Shown piece by piece: positions 11,747 to 22,555 of a DNA stretch of 64,000 nucleotides; the first letter of the stretch is position 1, and each line of letters begins with the position of its first letter. The position numbers were made by a program, and so were the translations under genes. The stretch covers positions 1,440,001 through 1,504,000 of the forward strand of contig OY968796.1 in assembly GCA_963695545.1 (NCBI GenBank), read 5' to 3'. The notes below the pieces were generated by a model. It was given only the letters and a program-made list of their open reading frames with translations. It had not been told where the DNA came from and made no database searches. This stretch comes from Terriglobia bacterium. GTDB lineage: Bacteria > Acidobacteriota > Terriglobia > Acidiferrales > UBA7541.

Positions 11747-12978
11747 CATCTGCTAAAAACTTTCTTCCCGTCGAAGAACAGCTCGGGCGTTTGCGCCGCG
11801 GCGCCGCGGAAATCATCCGCGAGGAAGAGCTGCAAGCGAAGCTGGCGCAATCGGCGCAAACGGGCAAACCGTTGCGGGTCAAGCTTGGCGTCGATCCCAC
11901 GGCACCGGACCTGCATCTGGGCCATACCGTGGTGTTGCGCAAGCTGCGCCACTTTCAGGAGCTTGGGCACACGGCAATTTTCCTGATCGGCGATTTCAGC
12001 GCGATGATCGGCGATCCCACCGGGCAATCCGAAACGCGGCCGCCGCTGACGCGCGAGCAGGTGGACGCCAACGCGAAAACGTACCTCGCGCAAGTGGCGA
12101 AGATTCTCGATCCGGAGAAAACCGAAGTTCGCTACAACAGCGAATGGCTTGGAAAAATGACCGGCGAGGATTTGATTCGGCTGTGCGCGCACTATCGCCT
12201 GGCGCGGATGCTGGAGCGCGAGGATTTTCATAATCGCCTGGAAGCCAACCTTCCGATTTCGGTGCATGAGCTGCTTTATCCGCTGCTGACGGCATATGAT
12301 TCCGTGGCGCTGAAATCGGATGTGGAGCTCGGCGCGACGGAGCAGAAATTCAATTTGCTGGTGCACCGCGAAATTCAGCGCGAATACGGCCAGCCTTCAC
12401 AAGTGGTGATGACCATGCCGATCTTGGTCGGGCTCGACGGGCAAAGGAAGATGTCCAAGAGCCTGGGGAATTACGTGGGCATCACGGAGCCGGCGGGCAC
12501 GATGTTCGGCAAGTTGATGTCGATCTCGGACGTGCTGATGTGGTCCTACTTTGAATTGTTGAGCGAGCGGCCGACGGCGGAAATCGCCGCATTGCGCGCG
12601 GGAGTCGAGGCGGGCGCGCTGCACCCGATGGACGCGAAGATGGGACTCGCGGAGCAGATCGTCGCCAATTTCCACGGGCCTGATGCCGCGAAACACGCCG
12701 CGGAAGAATTTCAACGCGTGTTCCGCGATCGCCAGGCGCCGGCGGAGGCGCCGGTGCGCAAGATTCGGCCGGGCTCGCCGCAAAAACTTTCGGCGCTGCT
12801 GGTGCAGCTTGGTTTGGCGGCGTCGCGCAGCGAAGCCGAGCGGCTGATGAAGCAGGGCGGCGTGGAAGTGGACGGCGCGCGCGTGAGCGACATCAAGCGA
12901 GAAATGGACGTATCGCGGCCGGGCGGATTCTTACTGCGCGCAGGGAAAAAGAAATTTCTTCGGGTGGTGGTCGAGTAG
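11743..12978 (+). CDS. tyrS: Tyrosine--tRNA ligase
   Basis: [13 protein letters not shown] (HIGH), KMSKS, C-terminal S4 domain; ATGA overlap with purN. Confidence 0.96.
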   Translation: MTSAKNFLPVEEQLGRLRRGAAEIIREEELQAKLAQSAQTGKPLRVKLGVDPTAPDLHLGHTVVLRKLRHFQELGHTAIFLIGDFSAMIGDPTGQSETRPPLTREQVDANAKTYLAQVAKILDPEKTEVRYNSEWLGKMTGEDLIRLCAHYRLARMLEREDFHNRLEANLPISVHELLYPLLTAYDSVALKSDVELGATEQKFNLLVHREIQREYGQPSQVVMTMPILVGLDGQRKMSKSLGNYVGITEPAGTMFGKLMSISDVLMWSYFELLSERPTAEIAALRAGVEAGALHPMDAKMGLAEQIVANFHGPDAAKHAAEEFQRVFRDRQAPAEAPVRKIRPGSPQKLSALLVQLGLAASRSEAERLMKQGGVEVDGARVSDIKREMDVSRPGGFLLRAGKKKFLRVVVE

Positions 12979-13010
12979 CGAATCCAGGATAGCCCATTGC
13001 CGGCGGCGCC

Positions 13011-13931
13011 TTATTGCTCAGAACGCGCCGGATAGACCCGCGCGAACAGAAGCATCGCCAGCACCACCACGAGGACACCGGTCACGCTCCCCTCCGGGCC
13101 GACCGCTCCACCGGTGAGCCAGGCGGGGCCGTGGAACGTCGAGTGAAGCAGGGTTCCGGGCGCGACGGTTCCGCTGTCGGGGGCCGAGAAGAGGAACGTC
13201 TGGCCGAAGTCCCACGCAGCGTGCAGGCCCACTGCGAACCACAAACTTCCGGTTCGGCGCAGCGTCAGGCAGAAGAGCATCGAGATCAGGAAAATCTCCG
13301 GCACTCCGACCCACCCCTCTCCGCCGTTGGTCAGGTGCACGGCTCCGAACACCGCGGAGAGCACCGAGGCGGCCGGCCAAAAGCCGATGCCTTCGGCGAG
13401 CGTCGCGAGCGTGTAGCCCCGAAAGAAAAATTCCTCCCACAGGCCGACGGTGCAGAATCCCGTGGCCCAAGCCAATGTTTCCCAGAGGAGCTTTTCGCCG
13501 TGGAGCGCGATCCCGCCGAATGAGAATCCACCCGCGCCGGCGATTAGAAGGATTACGACGGTCATCATCACGAGTCCCCAGACGGCACCGCGCCAGAATT
13601 GTCCGCCAAACGCCGAGCGAACCGCCAGGCCGTAGGAATCAAACGGGCGGCGCTCGATGCGCGACATCACGATTGAGGCGACGATCGTTGCGAAGAGCGA
13701 GCATATTTCTTGCGTCAGCACCGTCGCGGGCGTCACTACGGATCTAGATATGGGCAGCGGCAGTCCCACTAGCGTCGCGGCGAGAAATGCCAGCGTCACA
13801 AGCGGGAAGAAGATCAGTAGAAAAATCGCGAGCCGCCAGCCGGCGCGCAAGCCGTCGCCTCCAAGAAAGATGCTCTCCCATCCGGTCGGCGGAGCTGCGG
13901 ATGGTGTTGGAGTCGAGGGCTCGCTGGCCAT
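13011..13931 (-). CDS. CPBP (Abi/CAAX protease-like) intramembrane metalloprotease
   Basis: Multiple TM segments; EEFFFRGY, FGAVH, GLHAAWD motifs. Confidence 0.88.
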   Translation of the reverse strand: MASEPSTPTPSAAPPTGWESIFLGGDGLRAGWRLAIFLLIFFPLVTLAFLAATLVGLPLPISRSVVTPATVLTQEICSLFATIVASIVMSRIERRPFDSYGLAVRSAFGGQFWRGAVWGLVMMTVVILLIAGAGGFSFGGIALHGEKLLWETLAWATGFCTVGLWEEFFFRGYTLATLAEGIGFWPAASVLSAVFGAVHLTNGGEGWVGVPEIFLISMLFCLTLRRTGSLWFAVGLHAAWDFGQTFLFSAPDSGTVAPGTLLHSTFHGPAWLTGGAVGPEGSVTGVLVVVLAMLLFARVYPARSEQ

Positions 13932-14150
13932 TCATTCCTCCGGGAAGCCGCGCGGACATCTCCAAACGATCAGTCGCATTCTCTAATCCCGATCCTAATT
14001 GTCGGCGCTTGCAAGCGAAATGCAAAGAAAAAGCGGAGCCTTGCATCCAGAATACTCACGCGGGCTTTGTCAACTGTGGCGCCGCGCGATGGGACGGATA
14101 TAATTGGGCGGAGTTGGGATGGCGCTTCTGTGCCCCGCGGATCGGATCGC

Positions 14151-15398
14151 ATGAAATTATCGAGCGTTCGTTCTTTCTTGCTTTCGTACCGCATGCCGGA
14201 GCCGGTGCGGCTTCCGTTCTATGGAGGCGAACGGACGATTCTGAAGCGCGACGCCATGCTGATTCGCGTGGACGCGGCGCGGGATCTGGTGGGCTACGCG
14301 CCGGGACCCGCGAGCGAGAAGGCGCATCTCGCGATTCAAACCACGATCGCGCCGTTTCTTGAGGGCCGGGAGATTTCCGATCTCGACGCTCTCCGCGCTG
14401 AGTTTGTGGCGGGGCGTGGCCGGAATTTGGAATTGGCCAAGGTTTATTGCGCAGTGGAGGTCGCACTTTACGATTTGCTAGCGCGTGCGCAGGGCGTGCC
14501 ACTTTCCGAAATGATCGGCGGACGCGTGCGCGATCGTATTCGGCTGTACGGCAGCGCCGGAATGTACATGCCACCTGAGAAATACGCCGAGGAAGCCGCG
14601 GCCGTGCAAGCGATGGGTTTCCGCGGATACAAGATGAGGCCGGCGCTCGGCCCGGAGAAGGACGTTGAGACAGTGCAGCTCATGCGCCGCGCCGTCGGGC
14701 CGAATTTTGCGCTGATGGTGGATGCGCACGCGTGGTGGCGCATGGGCGACCTCAGCTACGACTACGCGACGATCGAGCGGCTCGCCCGGGAAATGGGGAG
14801 CGAAAAGGCGGCGTGGCTTGAAGAGCCCTTGCCGCCCGACGATCACGCGGCCTATCGCAAGCTCAAGCAAGCGGGAATTTTGCCGCTGGCGAGCGGCGAA
14901 CACGAGCCGAACGAGGAGCGCTTTCTCGATCTGATTTGCACGCGATGCGTCGATTACGTGCAGATGGATGTGTGCTGCCAGGGCGGTTTCGCGATGGCGC
15001 GGCGGATTTTCGCGGCGATTGCCGCCGAAGGGCTGAAGTTTGCATTTCACAGCTGGGGCACGGCGCTCGAGGTTCTGGCGGCAGCTCAATTGGGAATTTG
15101 CTGGCCGGAGAGCGTGGTCGAGTGGCTCGAATATCCGTGCTATTCGACGGAGACGCGCGCCGGAATGTATCCGTTTCCGCTGGCCGAAGAGATTTTGAAG
15201 CAGCCGCTTGAAATCGCCGCAGGCGATTTGATTGTGCCGCGCGCGCCGGGATTGGGAATTGAGATCGACGAAAGCGTGATCGAACGCTACCCGTGGATTC
15301 CTGGGCCGTGGTCTTATTTTCGGATCGATTCGCCGCCGGAAATGCTGGCCGTCACGTCCGACCACAGCGTGCAGTGGGATGGGAAAGAGGCGCGCTGA
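14151..15398 (+). CDS. Mandelate racemase / muconate lactonizing enzyme (enolase superfamily) protein
   Basis: VEVALYDLLAR..GVPL..MIGG, GFRGYKMR, LMVDAH, WLEEPL, ASGEH, PRAPGLGIEID. Start at ATG 14151. Confidence 0.88.
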   Translation: MKLSSVRSFLLSYRMPEPVRLPFYGGERTILKRDAMLIRVDAARDLVGYAPGPASEKAHLAIQTTIAPFLEGREISDLDALRAEFVAGRGRNLELAKVYCAVEVALYDLLARAQGVPLSEMIGGRVRDRIRLYGSAGMYMPPEKYAEEAAAVQAMGFRGYKMRPALGPEKDVETVQLMRRAVGPNFALMVDAHAWWRMGDLSYDYATIERLAREMGSEKAAWLEEPLPPDDHAAYRKLKQAGILPLASGEHEPNEERFLDLICTRCVDYVQMDVCCQGGFAMARRIFAAIAAEGLKFAFHSWGTALEVLAAAQLGICWPESVVEWLEYPCYSTETRAGMYPFPLAEEILKQPLEIAAGDLIVPRAPGLGIEIDESVIERYPWIPGPWSYFRIDSPPEMLAVTSDHSVQWDGKEAR

Positions 15399-15408
15399 AT
15401 CTATTATC

Positions 15409-15873
15409 TTATTTGTCGGGCTCAGCGAGCCGCTTCAATCGCTTGAGGAAATCGCGATTTCTCCGCGCGACGGCGTGGCGCGTTAGGATCCAGTTCACCG
15501 CGCGCGCCACAAATCCGGTAAATTCGTAATCGCTGCGCATGCGCAGGAGAGTTCCGGGCGTTCCGCCGATTTCGACGGGCTCGAAATCCCAGCGCTCGGT
15601 GCCGCGAAGGCCAGAGCGGTCCTCGAAGCGCCACTCAAGCGTCTCTCCCCACCGGCACTCCGTGACCACGGCCGTATGCGATACCTGCCTGCGGCCGATG
15701 CGCCCGGAGATGCGCACCTTTTGCGCGACGGCGAATTCCGCCGCGCCGTCGGACACCTCAAACTCCGTTTGTGTGTTCGGGCCGTACCAGTAGCCGATTC
15801 GTTGCGGAATAAAATAGGCGAAAAGCCGGCGAGGCGAGAGGGCGACGTGCACTTGCGTCTCGATGCGCGTCAT
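15409..15873 (-). CDS. SRPBCC (START-like) family protein
   Basis: 154 aa; N-terminal IETQVHVALSPRRLFAY, central beta strands, C-terminal helix (LKRLKRLAE). Confidence 0.65.
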   Translation of the reverse strand: MTRIETQVHVALSPRRLFAYFIPQRIGYWYGPNTQTEFEVSDGAAEFAVAQKVRISGRIGRRQVSHTAVVTECRWGETLEWRFEDRSGLRGTERWDFEPVEIGGTPGTLLRMRSDYEFTGFVARAVNWILTRHAVARRNRDFLKRLKRLAEPDK

Positions 15874-15949
15874 GGTGATTGAGTATGCCTTTTACCACGA
15901 CGCTCGGCACGCGGTCGTGCGCGGGTTTTGCGCGCGCACGACGCATCGC

Positions 15950-17332
15950 TCACTTCACGAACCTCGGCGGCTCGCCTTTCGACCACGGATCATAAGTGCG
16001 CGCAAATCGAATCCGCTCGTCGACCGAGGGATGGTCTTCAAACCAAATTTTATCGATCCATGACGGATGAGGCTCTTCAAGATCCACTTCGCCCAGAATC
16101 TCGAAGGCGCGCGCGGCAACTTCAGGCGCGTCCGGCACGATTCCGTGGATCACTTCGAGGCCGAATTGATCGGCTTGATGCTCGAAATACCGGCTGACGG
16201 CGTTATCGATCGGCGTGAACAGAAAACCGAAGATGGAAAGGAGCAGGAACAAAATCGGGAGCGAAGCCAAGTCGTCGGGCGCGCGAATGGAACACTTGCC
16301 GCCGCGCCAGGCCAGCAGCGAGCGCAGAAAGCGATCGCCCAAGAAGAAAAAAATCAGCAGCACGACGGACGAAAACGCGATGCCCTTTGGAATATGATGG
16401 AGAACGTAGTGTCCCATTTCGTGGCCGACCACGAAGAGAATTTCCGGCGGCGTCATGCGCGCAATCGTAGTGTCCCACACGACGACGCGCTCGGACGCGC
16501 CGATGCCGGAGACGTAGGCGTTGACAGAGTTCACTTTCGCGCTGGCGGTCATTTCGTAGATGCGGTCTTGCGGAATATCCAGACCGCCGTGGCGCACGAG
16601 CTGCTCGATTTCAGCCGCGAGCGCCGGCTGCGTTTTCGCGAGCGGCTTGAAATCGAAGAAACGCGGTTCGATCACGAACGGGCTGATGAAAAGCAGAAAA
16701 ATCAGAATCGGGATCGAAGCCAGCCAGAAGTAGAACCACCAGCGTTTTGGGCTTCGGCGAAGAGTGGCGTACAGAATCCACACCAGGAAAATGGCGAGGA
16801 TCATGCTGAGCCCTTCGGCTTTCAGCCAATCGAGAAACCACGGGGCCCAGCCTTCGATCGATTGGTGAAACCGCCGCTCGATGCATTGCTGCCAGATGGA
16901 AATCGGCAAACTCGCGATGTCGATCGTAAGCAGCAGCAACGGTGCGTAAAGAAGGGCTTGCCAAAAATGGTGGAGGGGCGCCGCGCGCTCGGCCAAATCG
17001 CGATAGAGCGGCGCAACTCGGAATTCCAGGATCACAATCAAGAGCAGCAGGCCGTACGCGAAATCAACGAAATACAGATGATGCTGCGCGCGGCTGTAGG
17101 CGATCGCTTCGTCGGCCGTGGCGGCCGGCGGCTGATACGTTTCGGGCGCTTCGTTCGGCGAGGTAGCTGGGGCGGCGCTGGATGCGGCGGGAGACGCGGC
17201 TTGGCCAACGGGGGCTTGCGCGCGGGCCGTGACTCCGGGCAACAGCAACTGCGCCGCGAGGAACAAAACCGCAGCGATCCAAAATCTTGATCGCAGTCGA
17301 CGCCCACGCGAACTACGGAGCGGCAATTTCAT
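15950..17332 (-). CDS. M48 family (Ste24-like) zinc metallopeptidase
   Basis: TM segments, NAYVSGIG..RVVVWDT, HEMGH, EHQAD, HPS..ERI. Confidence 0.9.
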   Translation of the reverse strand: MKLPLRSSRGRRLRSRFWIAAVLFLAAQLLLPGVTARAQAPVGQAASPAASSAAPATSPNEAPETYQPPAATADEAIAYSRAQHHLYFVDFAYGLLLLIVILEFRVAPLYRDLAERAAPLHHFWQALLYAPLLLLTIDIASLPISIWQQCIERRFHQSIEGWAPWFLDWLKAEGLSMILAIFLVWILYATLRRSPKRWWFYFWLASIPILIFLLFISPFVIEPRFFDFKPLAKTQPALAAEIEQLVRHGGLDIPQDRIYEMTASAKVNSVNAYVSGIGASERVVVWDTTIARMTPPEILFVVGHEMGHYVLHHIPKGIAFSSVVLLIFFFLGDRFLRSLLAWRGGKCSIRAPDDLASLPILFLLLSIFGFLFTPIDNAVSRYFEHQADQFGLEVIHGIVPDAPEVAARAFEILGEVDLEEPHPSWIDKIWFEDHPSVDERIRFARTYDPWSKGEPPRFVK

Positions 17333-17350
17333 CGAAGCGCGGTACGTGCG

Positions 17351-17983
17351 TTAGGCTTCCTGGCCAGCATCGGGGCCAGCGAAGGCGCCGCGCAGGCCGG
17401 CTTCAAGTCCCGTGGCCAAGGCCCGCCGGGCGCGCCAGATGCGCGCCTTCAGAGCGTTCGGCGTAACGCCGAGCGCTTTGGCGGTTTCTTCCGTGCTCAA
17501 TTCCTGGATCTTGCGCATGCGGAACGACTCACTGAGCGCCGGAGAAAGCTTTTCGAGATTCTCCTCGACGCGGCCGGCCAATTCGACTCCGGCATAGACC
17601 TGCTCTGGATTCGGGCCCGGATCGGCGAAGCGCTCGGCGGCCGGCTGCTCCTCCGCGCTGAGCGATTCGTCGAGCGAGACGGCGGGGCGCGCCTTCAGGC
17701 TGCGCAGGCGCATGCGAGCGGCGTTGATCACGATGCGCGTGAGCCATGTCGAAAATTTCGCGCGGCCCTCGAAGCGCGGCAAGTTGCGATATGCGGCCAG
17801 CAATCCTTCTTGCACCGCGTCTTCGGCATCTTCGCGATTGCCAAGAACGCGCAGCGCAATTTGGTACAGGGCGCGCGTGTTGCGGGCGAAGAGCTTATTG
17901 AGCGCCTCGGAATCGCCTTCGAGCGCCTTGCGCACCAAGGGCGCCTCGGGATCGCTCTTGCCCTGCTCGTTGTGGGCTGACAT
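17351..17983 (-). CDS. ECF RNA polymerase sigma factor
   Basis: DAEDAVQE, FEGRAKFSTWLTRIVIN (region 2); ELSTEETAKALGVTPNALKARIWRAR (region 4). Confidence 0.92.
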   Translation of the reverse strand: MSAHNEQGKSDPEAPLVRKALEGDSEALNKLFARNTRALYQIALRVLGNREDAEDAVQEGLLAAYRNLPRFEGRAKFSTWLTRIVINAARMRLRSLKARPAVSLDESLSAEEQPAAERFADPGPNPEQVYAGVELAGRVEENLEKLSPALSESFRMRKIQELSTEETAKALGVTPNALKARIWRARRALATGLEAGLRGAFAGPDAGQEA

Positions 17984-18006
17984 GGTCCGCTTCTCCTATC
18001 TCCATT

Positions 18007-19590
18007 CTAATGCATGGATGCAGATCCGGCTTTATGCGGCCGCATCTTTTTCAACAAGAACATGCAGGGCACGATGGCCAGCGATATAAGGGCCAAAGTC
18101 CTGAAATCGTCCACGTAGGCCAGCATGGTCGCTTGCCGCTCGATCATTCCGTAGAGCAACGCCTGCGCCTGAGCCGCCGCCTGGGCGATGCTCGATCCGT
18201 GCGCGATCAAATTCTGCGCCGTGCCGGAGAGCATGGAGCGGTAAAGATCCGAGAGCGGCGTGGCGTGGCCGACGAGATAAGCCTCGTGCACTTGTGAGCC
18301 GCGCTCGATCTGCGTGGTCACCATGGAGATGCCGACGCTTCCGCCGATGTTGCGCGCTAGGTTGATGATGCCGGTGGCGTTGCTGGTTTTTTCCTTGGGG
18401 ATGAAATAGAACGCCATGACGTTGACCGGCACGAACAAGAAAGCCATGCCGCAGCTCTGATAAATTCGCGCCATCAGTGCCGTATGGAAATCGAGATCGA
18501 GATCGAAATGCGACATGTAGAGCAGCGAAACGGCGAGGATGGCCGCGCCGAACGTCACTAGCCACCGCGCTTCAACCCTTCCAAGCAGCCAGCCTACGAA
18601 CGGCAAAATCGCGATCAACACCAGCGCGCCGGGCGAAAGAACCATGCCGCTGGCTAAAGCCGTGTAGCCGAGAAGCGTCTGCAACATTTCGGGTAAGAGC
18701 ACGGTCGTGCCGTAAAGCACCAAACCCAGAACGAACATCGTGAGCGTGGCCAGCGCGAAATTCCGCTCGCGGAGAAGTCCGAAGTCCACGACCGGCGCTT
18801 TCGAGCGCAACTCCCAAATCACCATGCTCACCAGACACACCACGGCGATCACGGCGCAGGCCACCATGAAGTGCGAGCTGAACCAATCGTCGCGCTCGCC
18901 CTTATCGAGCAGGATCTGCAGCGCGCCGAGGCCCAGGCCCAATAGGCCGATGCCCATGTAGTCGATCTTCAGCGTGCGCAGATTTTCTCGCTTCAGGTAC
19001 GGCGGATCGGAGATCAGGAACTGCGTCATCAGCAGCGAAACCACTCCGACCGGAATGTTGATGAAGAAAATCCAGCGCCAACTGAAATTGTCCGTGATCC
19101 ATCCGCCAAGCGTCGGACCAACGGCCGGTGCGAAGACCACTCCCATCGCATAGACCGCCATTGCGGCGCCTTGCTTGGCCTTTGAAAAGCTCTCGACCAG
19201 AATCGCCTGCGACACCGGCTGCAGCGCGCCGCCGCCGATGCCTTGCAGCACGCGGAAGGTGACGAGAAGCGGCAGCGTGGGCGCGAGACCGCACAGGAAC
19301 GAGCTGATGGTAAACAGGCCGACGCAGAACATGTAGAAGTTTTTTCGTCCGAACAAACGCGAGAACCATCCCGAGAGCGGCAGCACGATGGCGTTTGAGA
19401 CCAAATAACTGGTGACCACCCAGGTGCTTTCGTCCACGCTGGCCGAAAGGCTGCCGGCGATGTGCGGCAGCGCGATGTTGGCCACGCTGGTGTCCAGCAC
19501 TTCCATGAACGTGGCCAGCATGACGGTCACGGCGATCAACCACGGGTTGATCTCGCCGTCACGCTGCGTGAATGAAGGCATGTCGCTCAT
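18007..19590 (-). CDS. emrB: DHA2 family MFS efflux permease (EmrB-like)
   Basis: ATFMEVLDTSVANIAL, FRVLQGIGGG, WRWIFFINIPVG, LQILLDKGERDDWF. Confidence 0.9.
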   Translation of the reverse strand: MSDMPSFTQRDGEINPWLIAVTVMLATFMEVLDTSVANIALPHIAGSLSASVDESTWVVTSYLVSNAIVLPLSGWFSRLFGRKNFYMFCVGLFTISSFLCGLAPTLPLLVTFRVLQGIGGGALQPVSQAILVESFSKAKQGAAMAVYAMGVVFAPAVGPTLGGWITDNFSWRWIFFINIPVGVVSLLMTQFLISDPPYLKRENLRTLKIDYMGIGLLGLGLGALQILLDKGERDDWFSSHFMVACAVIAVVCLVSMVIWELRSKAPVVDFGLLRERNFALATLTMFVLGLVLYGTTVLLPEMLQTLLGYTALASGMVLSPGALVLIAILPFVGWLLGRVEARWLVTFGAAILAVSLLYMSHFDLDLDFHTALMARIYQSCGMAFLFVPVNVMAFYFIPKEKTSNATGIINLARNIGGSVGISMVTTQIERGSQVHEAYLVGHATPLSDLYRSMLSGTAQNLIAHGSSIAQAAAQAQALLYGMIERQATMLAYVDDFRTLALISLAIVPCMFLLKKMRPHKAGSASMH

Positions 19591-19642
19591 CGTTATTGAT
19601 AGTGCCCAGGCTGAAAGTTCCCGGCGGCGGGGCGCGCCTCTC

Positions 19643-20923
19643 CTACTGAGTCAGAATCGTGACGTCCACATTCATCCCAGGCCGGAGAATGGCTTTTTCC
19701 GGCGGAATCGGATCGAGCAGGATCTTCACCGGAATGCGCTGCACGACTTTGACAAAGTTGCCCGTGGCGTTTTCAGGCGGCAGAAGCGAAAGGCGCGCGC
19801 CCGTTGCGCCTGCGATCGAATCCACGTGCCCCGTAAAAGTTTCGTCGTACATGTCCACGTGAATTTCGGCTTTTTGGCCCGCGTGAACGTCGGCCAGTTG
19901 CGTTTCCTTGTAGTCGGCCGTCACCCACACGTCGTTCAGCGGCACGATCACCAGCAAGCCCTGGCCCGGCTCGACGATCTGGCCAACTTCGACCGATTTG
20001 TGCGTCACCACGCCGTCGACCGGCGCCAGAATGTTCGTGTAGCTCAGTTCGAGTTCGGCGGCGTCCAGATCGGCTTGGGCCTCTGCCACGCGCGCGCGGG
20101 CCGCGGCCGCATCCGAGGCGCGGACGGTCACCATCTTGGAACCGGCGCGCGCTTCGGCCAGGTGCGCGGTGGCCGCGTGAAGATTGGCGTCGGCGATTTG
20201 CTCTTTCTTCTCCGCCTGTGCGAGTTTTTCTTTATCGGCCTGAAGCTGGCCCGCGGCCACGCTCGCCGCTTCCACGTAGCCGTCGTAATCCTGCTGCGAA
20301 ATTTCCGCTTTATCCGCTAGCGGTTTCATGCGCGCGAGATCGGCTTGCGTCTTGTCATACGCTGCTTGGCTCTTTGCGACGTTGGCCTGCGCGTAGGCCA
20401 CGTCGGACGAAGTGGCTTCCTGATAGGCCGCTTGCGAGCTGGCGGCCTCAGCTTCGGCGGCACTGACGTCGCTGGTTGACGTCGCCTGCGTCAGCGGAAC
20501 TTCCGTCGATGCGCCGTTCGCTTGGCTTTCGGCCAGCGCCAACGCCGCGCGGGCTTGGTCCACCTTGGCTTGACTGTCGCGCGGGTCAATGCGCACGAGG
20601 ACTTGACCAGCTTTCACCTGCTGATTGTCCAGCACGAGTATTTCGGAAATGTTGCCGTAAATTTTCGAGGCGATCGGGGTGACGTGCGCGTCGACTTCAG
20701 CGTCGTCGGTTGAAACGCGATTGCGAAAATAAAAATACATTGCCAGCACGATCATGAGCGCCACTACGCCGGCCGCGGCCAGAATCCGCTTGCGCGCGGG
20801 TGTGAGCGCGGAAGCGGGAGCGGATGGCTCCGCGCCGCCGCTGCCGGCTGCAAGGCTGGCTGTGGCTGGTCTCGATTCGAGTTCGAGTGTTTCCGTGCTT
20901 CGTGTATCGTTTTCACTTGGCAT
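19643..20923 (-). CDS. emrA: HlyD/EmrA-type membrane fusion protein
   Basis: VSTDDAEV, lipoyl-like hairpin, LLPPENATGNFVKVVQRIPVKI. Start at ATG 20923. Confidence 0.9.
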   Translation of the reverse strand: MPSENDTRSTETLELESRPATASLAAGSGGAEPSAPASALTPARKRILAAAGVVALMIVLAMYFYFRNRVSTDDAEVDAHVTPIASKIYGNISEILVLDNQQVKAGQVLVRIDPRDSQAKVDQARAALALAESQANGASTEVPLTQATSTSDVSAAEAEAASSQAAYQEATSSDVAYAQANVAKSQAAYDKTQADLARMKPLADKAEISQQDYDGYVEAASVAAGQLQADKEKLAQAEKKEQIADANLHAATAHLAEARAGSKMVTVRASDAAAARARVAEAQADLDAAELELSYTNILAPVDGVVTHKSVEVGQIVEPGQGLLVIVPLNDVWVTADYKETQLADVHAGQKAEIHVDMYDETFTGHVDSIAGATGARLSLLPPENATGNFVKVVQRIPVKILLDPIPPEKAILRPGMNVDVTILTQ

Positions 20924-22325
20924 AGAGCGACTCCATTTGTCCGGTCGAGCGGGCCAGATCCGCGCGCGCTTGGTTGTAGCTGTAGAGCGCGGCAATTTGA
21001 TTGTCGCTGGCGCGCGCGAGGGCGTCCTGCGCCTGGATCACCTCGATGTTGTTGGCCACGCCCGCCGAGAAGCGATCGCGCGCCTGCTGTACTTCTTGCT
21101 GTGCCAGCGAAACGCCCTGGTTCGCCACGTCGACTTCGTTGCGGGCCGAGGCCAGCTCGGCCGCGGCGGTTTTGACGTCGAGCGCGATTTGATTTTCGAG
21201 ATCCTGGCGTCGCTGCGCAATTTTTTTCAATTCCAAATCGCCCAAAACGTCTTCGGCGTGGATGCGACCGCCGGTAAAAAGCGGCACGTCAAACACGACG
21301 GCGTAGTTGTAAGTCGGGATGCCGGTCGCGCTCGAGAGGCCTTCGTAGTCCCAATTGCCGACGACGCGCATCGAGGGCCAGCGCGATTCGCTCGCCGCGC
21401 GCTTCTCATCCGCCGCGGCACGCTCTTGGGCTTCGAGCGCGCGCATCTCGGGACGCGCGGCGTAGGCCGCTTCGAGGCTCTGCTCGATGTTGGCCTCGGG
21501 CGTTTCAAAGAAACTGAGCGCGTCGTCGAGCTCAATCGTCTGGCTCGGGTCCACGTTCAGCAATTGCGCGAGGCCGTAGAGCGAGGTCCGCTCGGTGGTT
21601 TGCGCCACGAGCAGCACCTGCGTTTCGTTTTGCAGCTCGACGTTGGCGCGCAGCGTATCGATTCCGGTCCCCGCGCCGTGCTGCTGCAAATCGTTCGCTT
21701 GATCGTAAAGCGCTTTCGCCAGATCGGCGCGCGATTGCGCGGCGCGCACGTCGGCCGCGGCACGCAGGCAGCCCAAATATTGTGAGACAACCAGCAGCGT
21801 GATTTGTTCGCGCACCGATTGGCGGTCCGCATCGCTCGCGCGAACGTCTTCGCCCGCGGCCTGCCACCGCCGCCACAGCGAAAGGTCCAGCACGGACATC
21901 GAAAATTGCGGCCCCGCCGCGAAAACTTGAAATGGGCCGAGATGTTCCGGCAGGCCCGCGAACGGCTCGCCGAATTCAGCTTCCAGGTTTGCGCGGATCA
22001 CGGAGTCCGAAGCCTCGAGCTTGGCCTGCGGCAATAGCGCCGAGCGCGCCACGTTTTTGTTTTGCACGCTCTCGGCCAGATTGAGCGCGGCAATTTGCAC
22101 TTGCGGATTTTGCCGCAGCGCCAGCGCGACGGCGCCTTGAAGTGTCAGGTGCAACTCGGCTGGCTGCGGAGCAGGAGAATCTTGCGCGTAGGCCGATCCC
22201 GCGAGGATAGCGAGGCCCGCGAGCGCGAGCGGCAAAATCGCTCCGCGCCGAAGGGCGCGGGTCGCCAATTCAACGCGCCGAACCAGCGCGGTAAGTTCTC
22301 GATAATTCCTAGTTTTCAGCATCAC
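20913..22325 (-). CDS. TolC family outer-membrane efflux protein
   Basis: Signal peptide, LTLQGAVALALRQNP, VPLFTGG, RFSAGVANNIEVIQAQ. Confidence 0.9.
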   Translation of the reverse strand: MMLKTRNYRELTALVRRVELATRALRRGAILPLALAGLAILAGSAYAQDSPAPQPAELHLTLQGAVALALRQNPQVQIAALNLAESVQNKNVARSALLPQAKLEASDSVIRANLEAEFGEPFAGLPEHLGPFQVFAAGPQFSMSVLDLSLWRRWQAAGEDVRASDADRQSVREQITLLVVSQYLGCLRAAADVRAAQSRADLAKALYDQANDLQQHGAGTGIDTLRANVELQNETQVLLVAQTTERTSLYGLAQLLNVDPSQTIELDDALSFFETPEANIEQSLEAAYAARPEMRALEAQERAAADEKRAASESRWPSMRVVGNWDYEGLSSATGIPTYNYAVVFDVPLFTGGRIHAEDVLGDLELKKIAQRRQDLENQIALDVKTAAAELASARNEVDVANQGVSLAQQEVQQARDRFSAGVANNIEVIQAQDALARASDNQIAALYSYNQARADLARSTGQMESLYAK

Positions 22326-22555
22326 GCCAACCTATTTCATCCCCGTTTCTGAGACGGCTTGCTGATGTGACGGCGCAAAGAAAAAACAATTACAGCACAC
22401 CTGAAATGCCATCCCCATTAGATTCTGATCGGAGCGACGGGATGCGGAAATGTCGCCGAATGTTCAGGATAGCATCGGGGTTTGTGGCGGCTCAACCGGA
22501 GACGCGAATGCGTGATTCGCCAAGTACGCCACAGCCATTTGAGCCGGCAGGCCGC

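Noticed and set aside
11700..11760. T-box leader for tyrS
   Set aside because: tyrS overlaps purN, leaving no room for a leader.
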